Source of the DNA: Octopus sinensis
Lineage: Eukaryota
Length of the DNA stretch: 64,000 nt
Direction: 5' to 3'
Assembly (NCBI RefSeq): GCF_006345805.1
Contig: NC_043002.1
Location: forward strand, 49,724,001 to 49,788,000
Positions 63,553 to 64,000 of the stretch are shown here, in pieces. Below the pieces are notes generated by a model. That model was not told where the DNA came from and did no database searches. It saw only the letters and a list, made by a program, of their open reading frames with translations. Every line of letters begins with the position of its first letter. Position 1 is the stretch's first letter. The translations under genes and the position numbers were made by a program.

Positions 63553-64000
63553 ATATATCTATATATATATATATATATATATAAGTGTGTGTGCTTGTAT
63601 GGTGCTGAACAGTTTTTTATTCAAAGAATATCTTAATTTTTTAATCATTATTTTATTCATAGTTAGTTTTTCTTTTGAATTTTCTGTGCTATTTTCGTTA
63701 CACACACACACACACACACGTGTGTGTGTGTGTTTCATTTTTCTATTTCTTTCCATTTGTTTTTACTCCTTCTTTCTATAATTTTTTTTCTTACGATAAA
63801 TTTTTTCTCTTTACGTCATACTTTTTAAATATTTTATCAGATGTTTTAAATTTCGCGGCATTATCTTAAAACTGGATTCCGTATGAACTGATAAACGTAT
63901 AAAATACAATGTTTTTAGATAATATTTAGGTTATTCTAGAAAAAAAAATCGAAAGAATGATACACGTGTCAAATGCACCACAAATTTTAATTATATGGGG

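Overview
Eukaryotic, AT-rich, microsatellite-dense non-coding DNA. The repeat content (several tRNA-derived SINE families, huge (TA)/(CA)/(GA)/(GATA)/(TAA) tracts) resembles an octopus (coleoid cephalopod) genome; that species call is recognition, not a database result. I found no host protein-coding exon I can support, and almost all ORFs in the track are microsatellite artefacts. The recognisable coding remnants are all dead transposons: an R4/Dong-like RLE LINE (13.6-14.8 kb), a pogo-like DDE-1 fragment (25.4-26.1 kb), an internally deleted mariner (34.4-34.9 kb), a 5'-inverted RTE LINE (36.0-36.6 kb) and a fold-back Tc1 made of two 3' halves (61.2-62.9 kb). There are also about 40 SINE copies or fragments, Tigger-like and hAT-like MITEs, three non-autonomous Helitrons (two in tandem, carrying an extra segment), several long palindromes, a 33-bp minisatellite and a 100-N scaffold gap. 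The most interesting signals are a set of hammerhead-ribozyme motifs (one with a complete catalytic core at 9183-9218), a twin-priming-type inversion in an RTE element, the two-right-ends Tc1 fold-back with lesions shared by both arms, and two pre-miRNA-like hairpins. SINE and low-complexity boundaries were read by eye and are approximate (about +/-20 bp).
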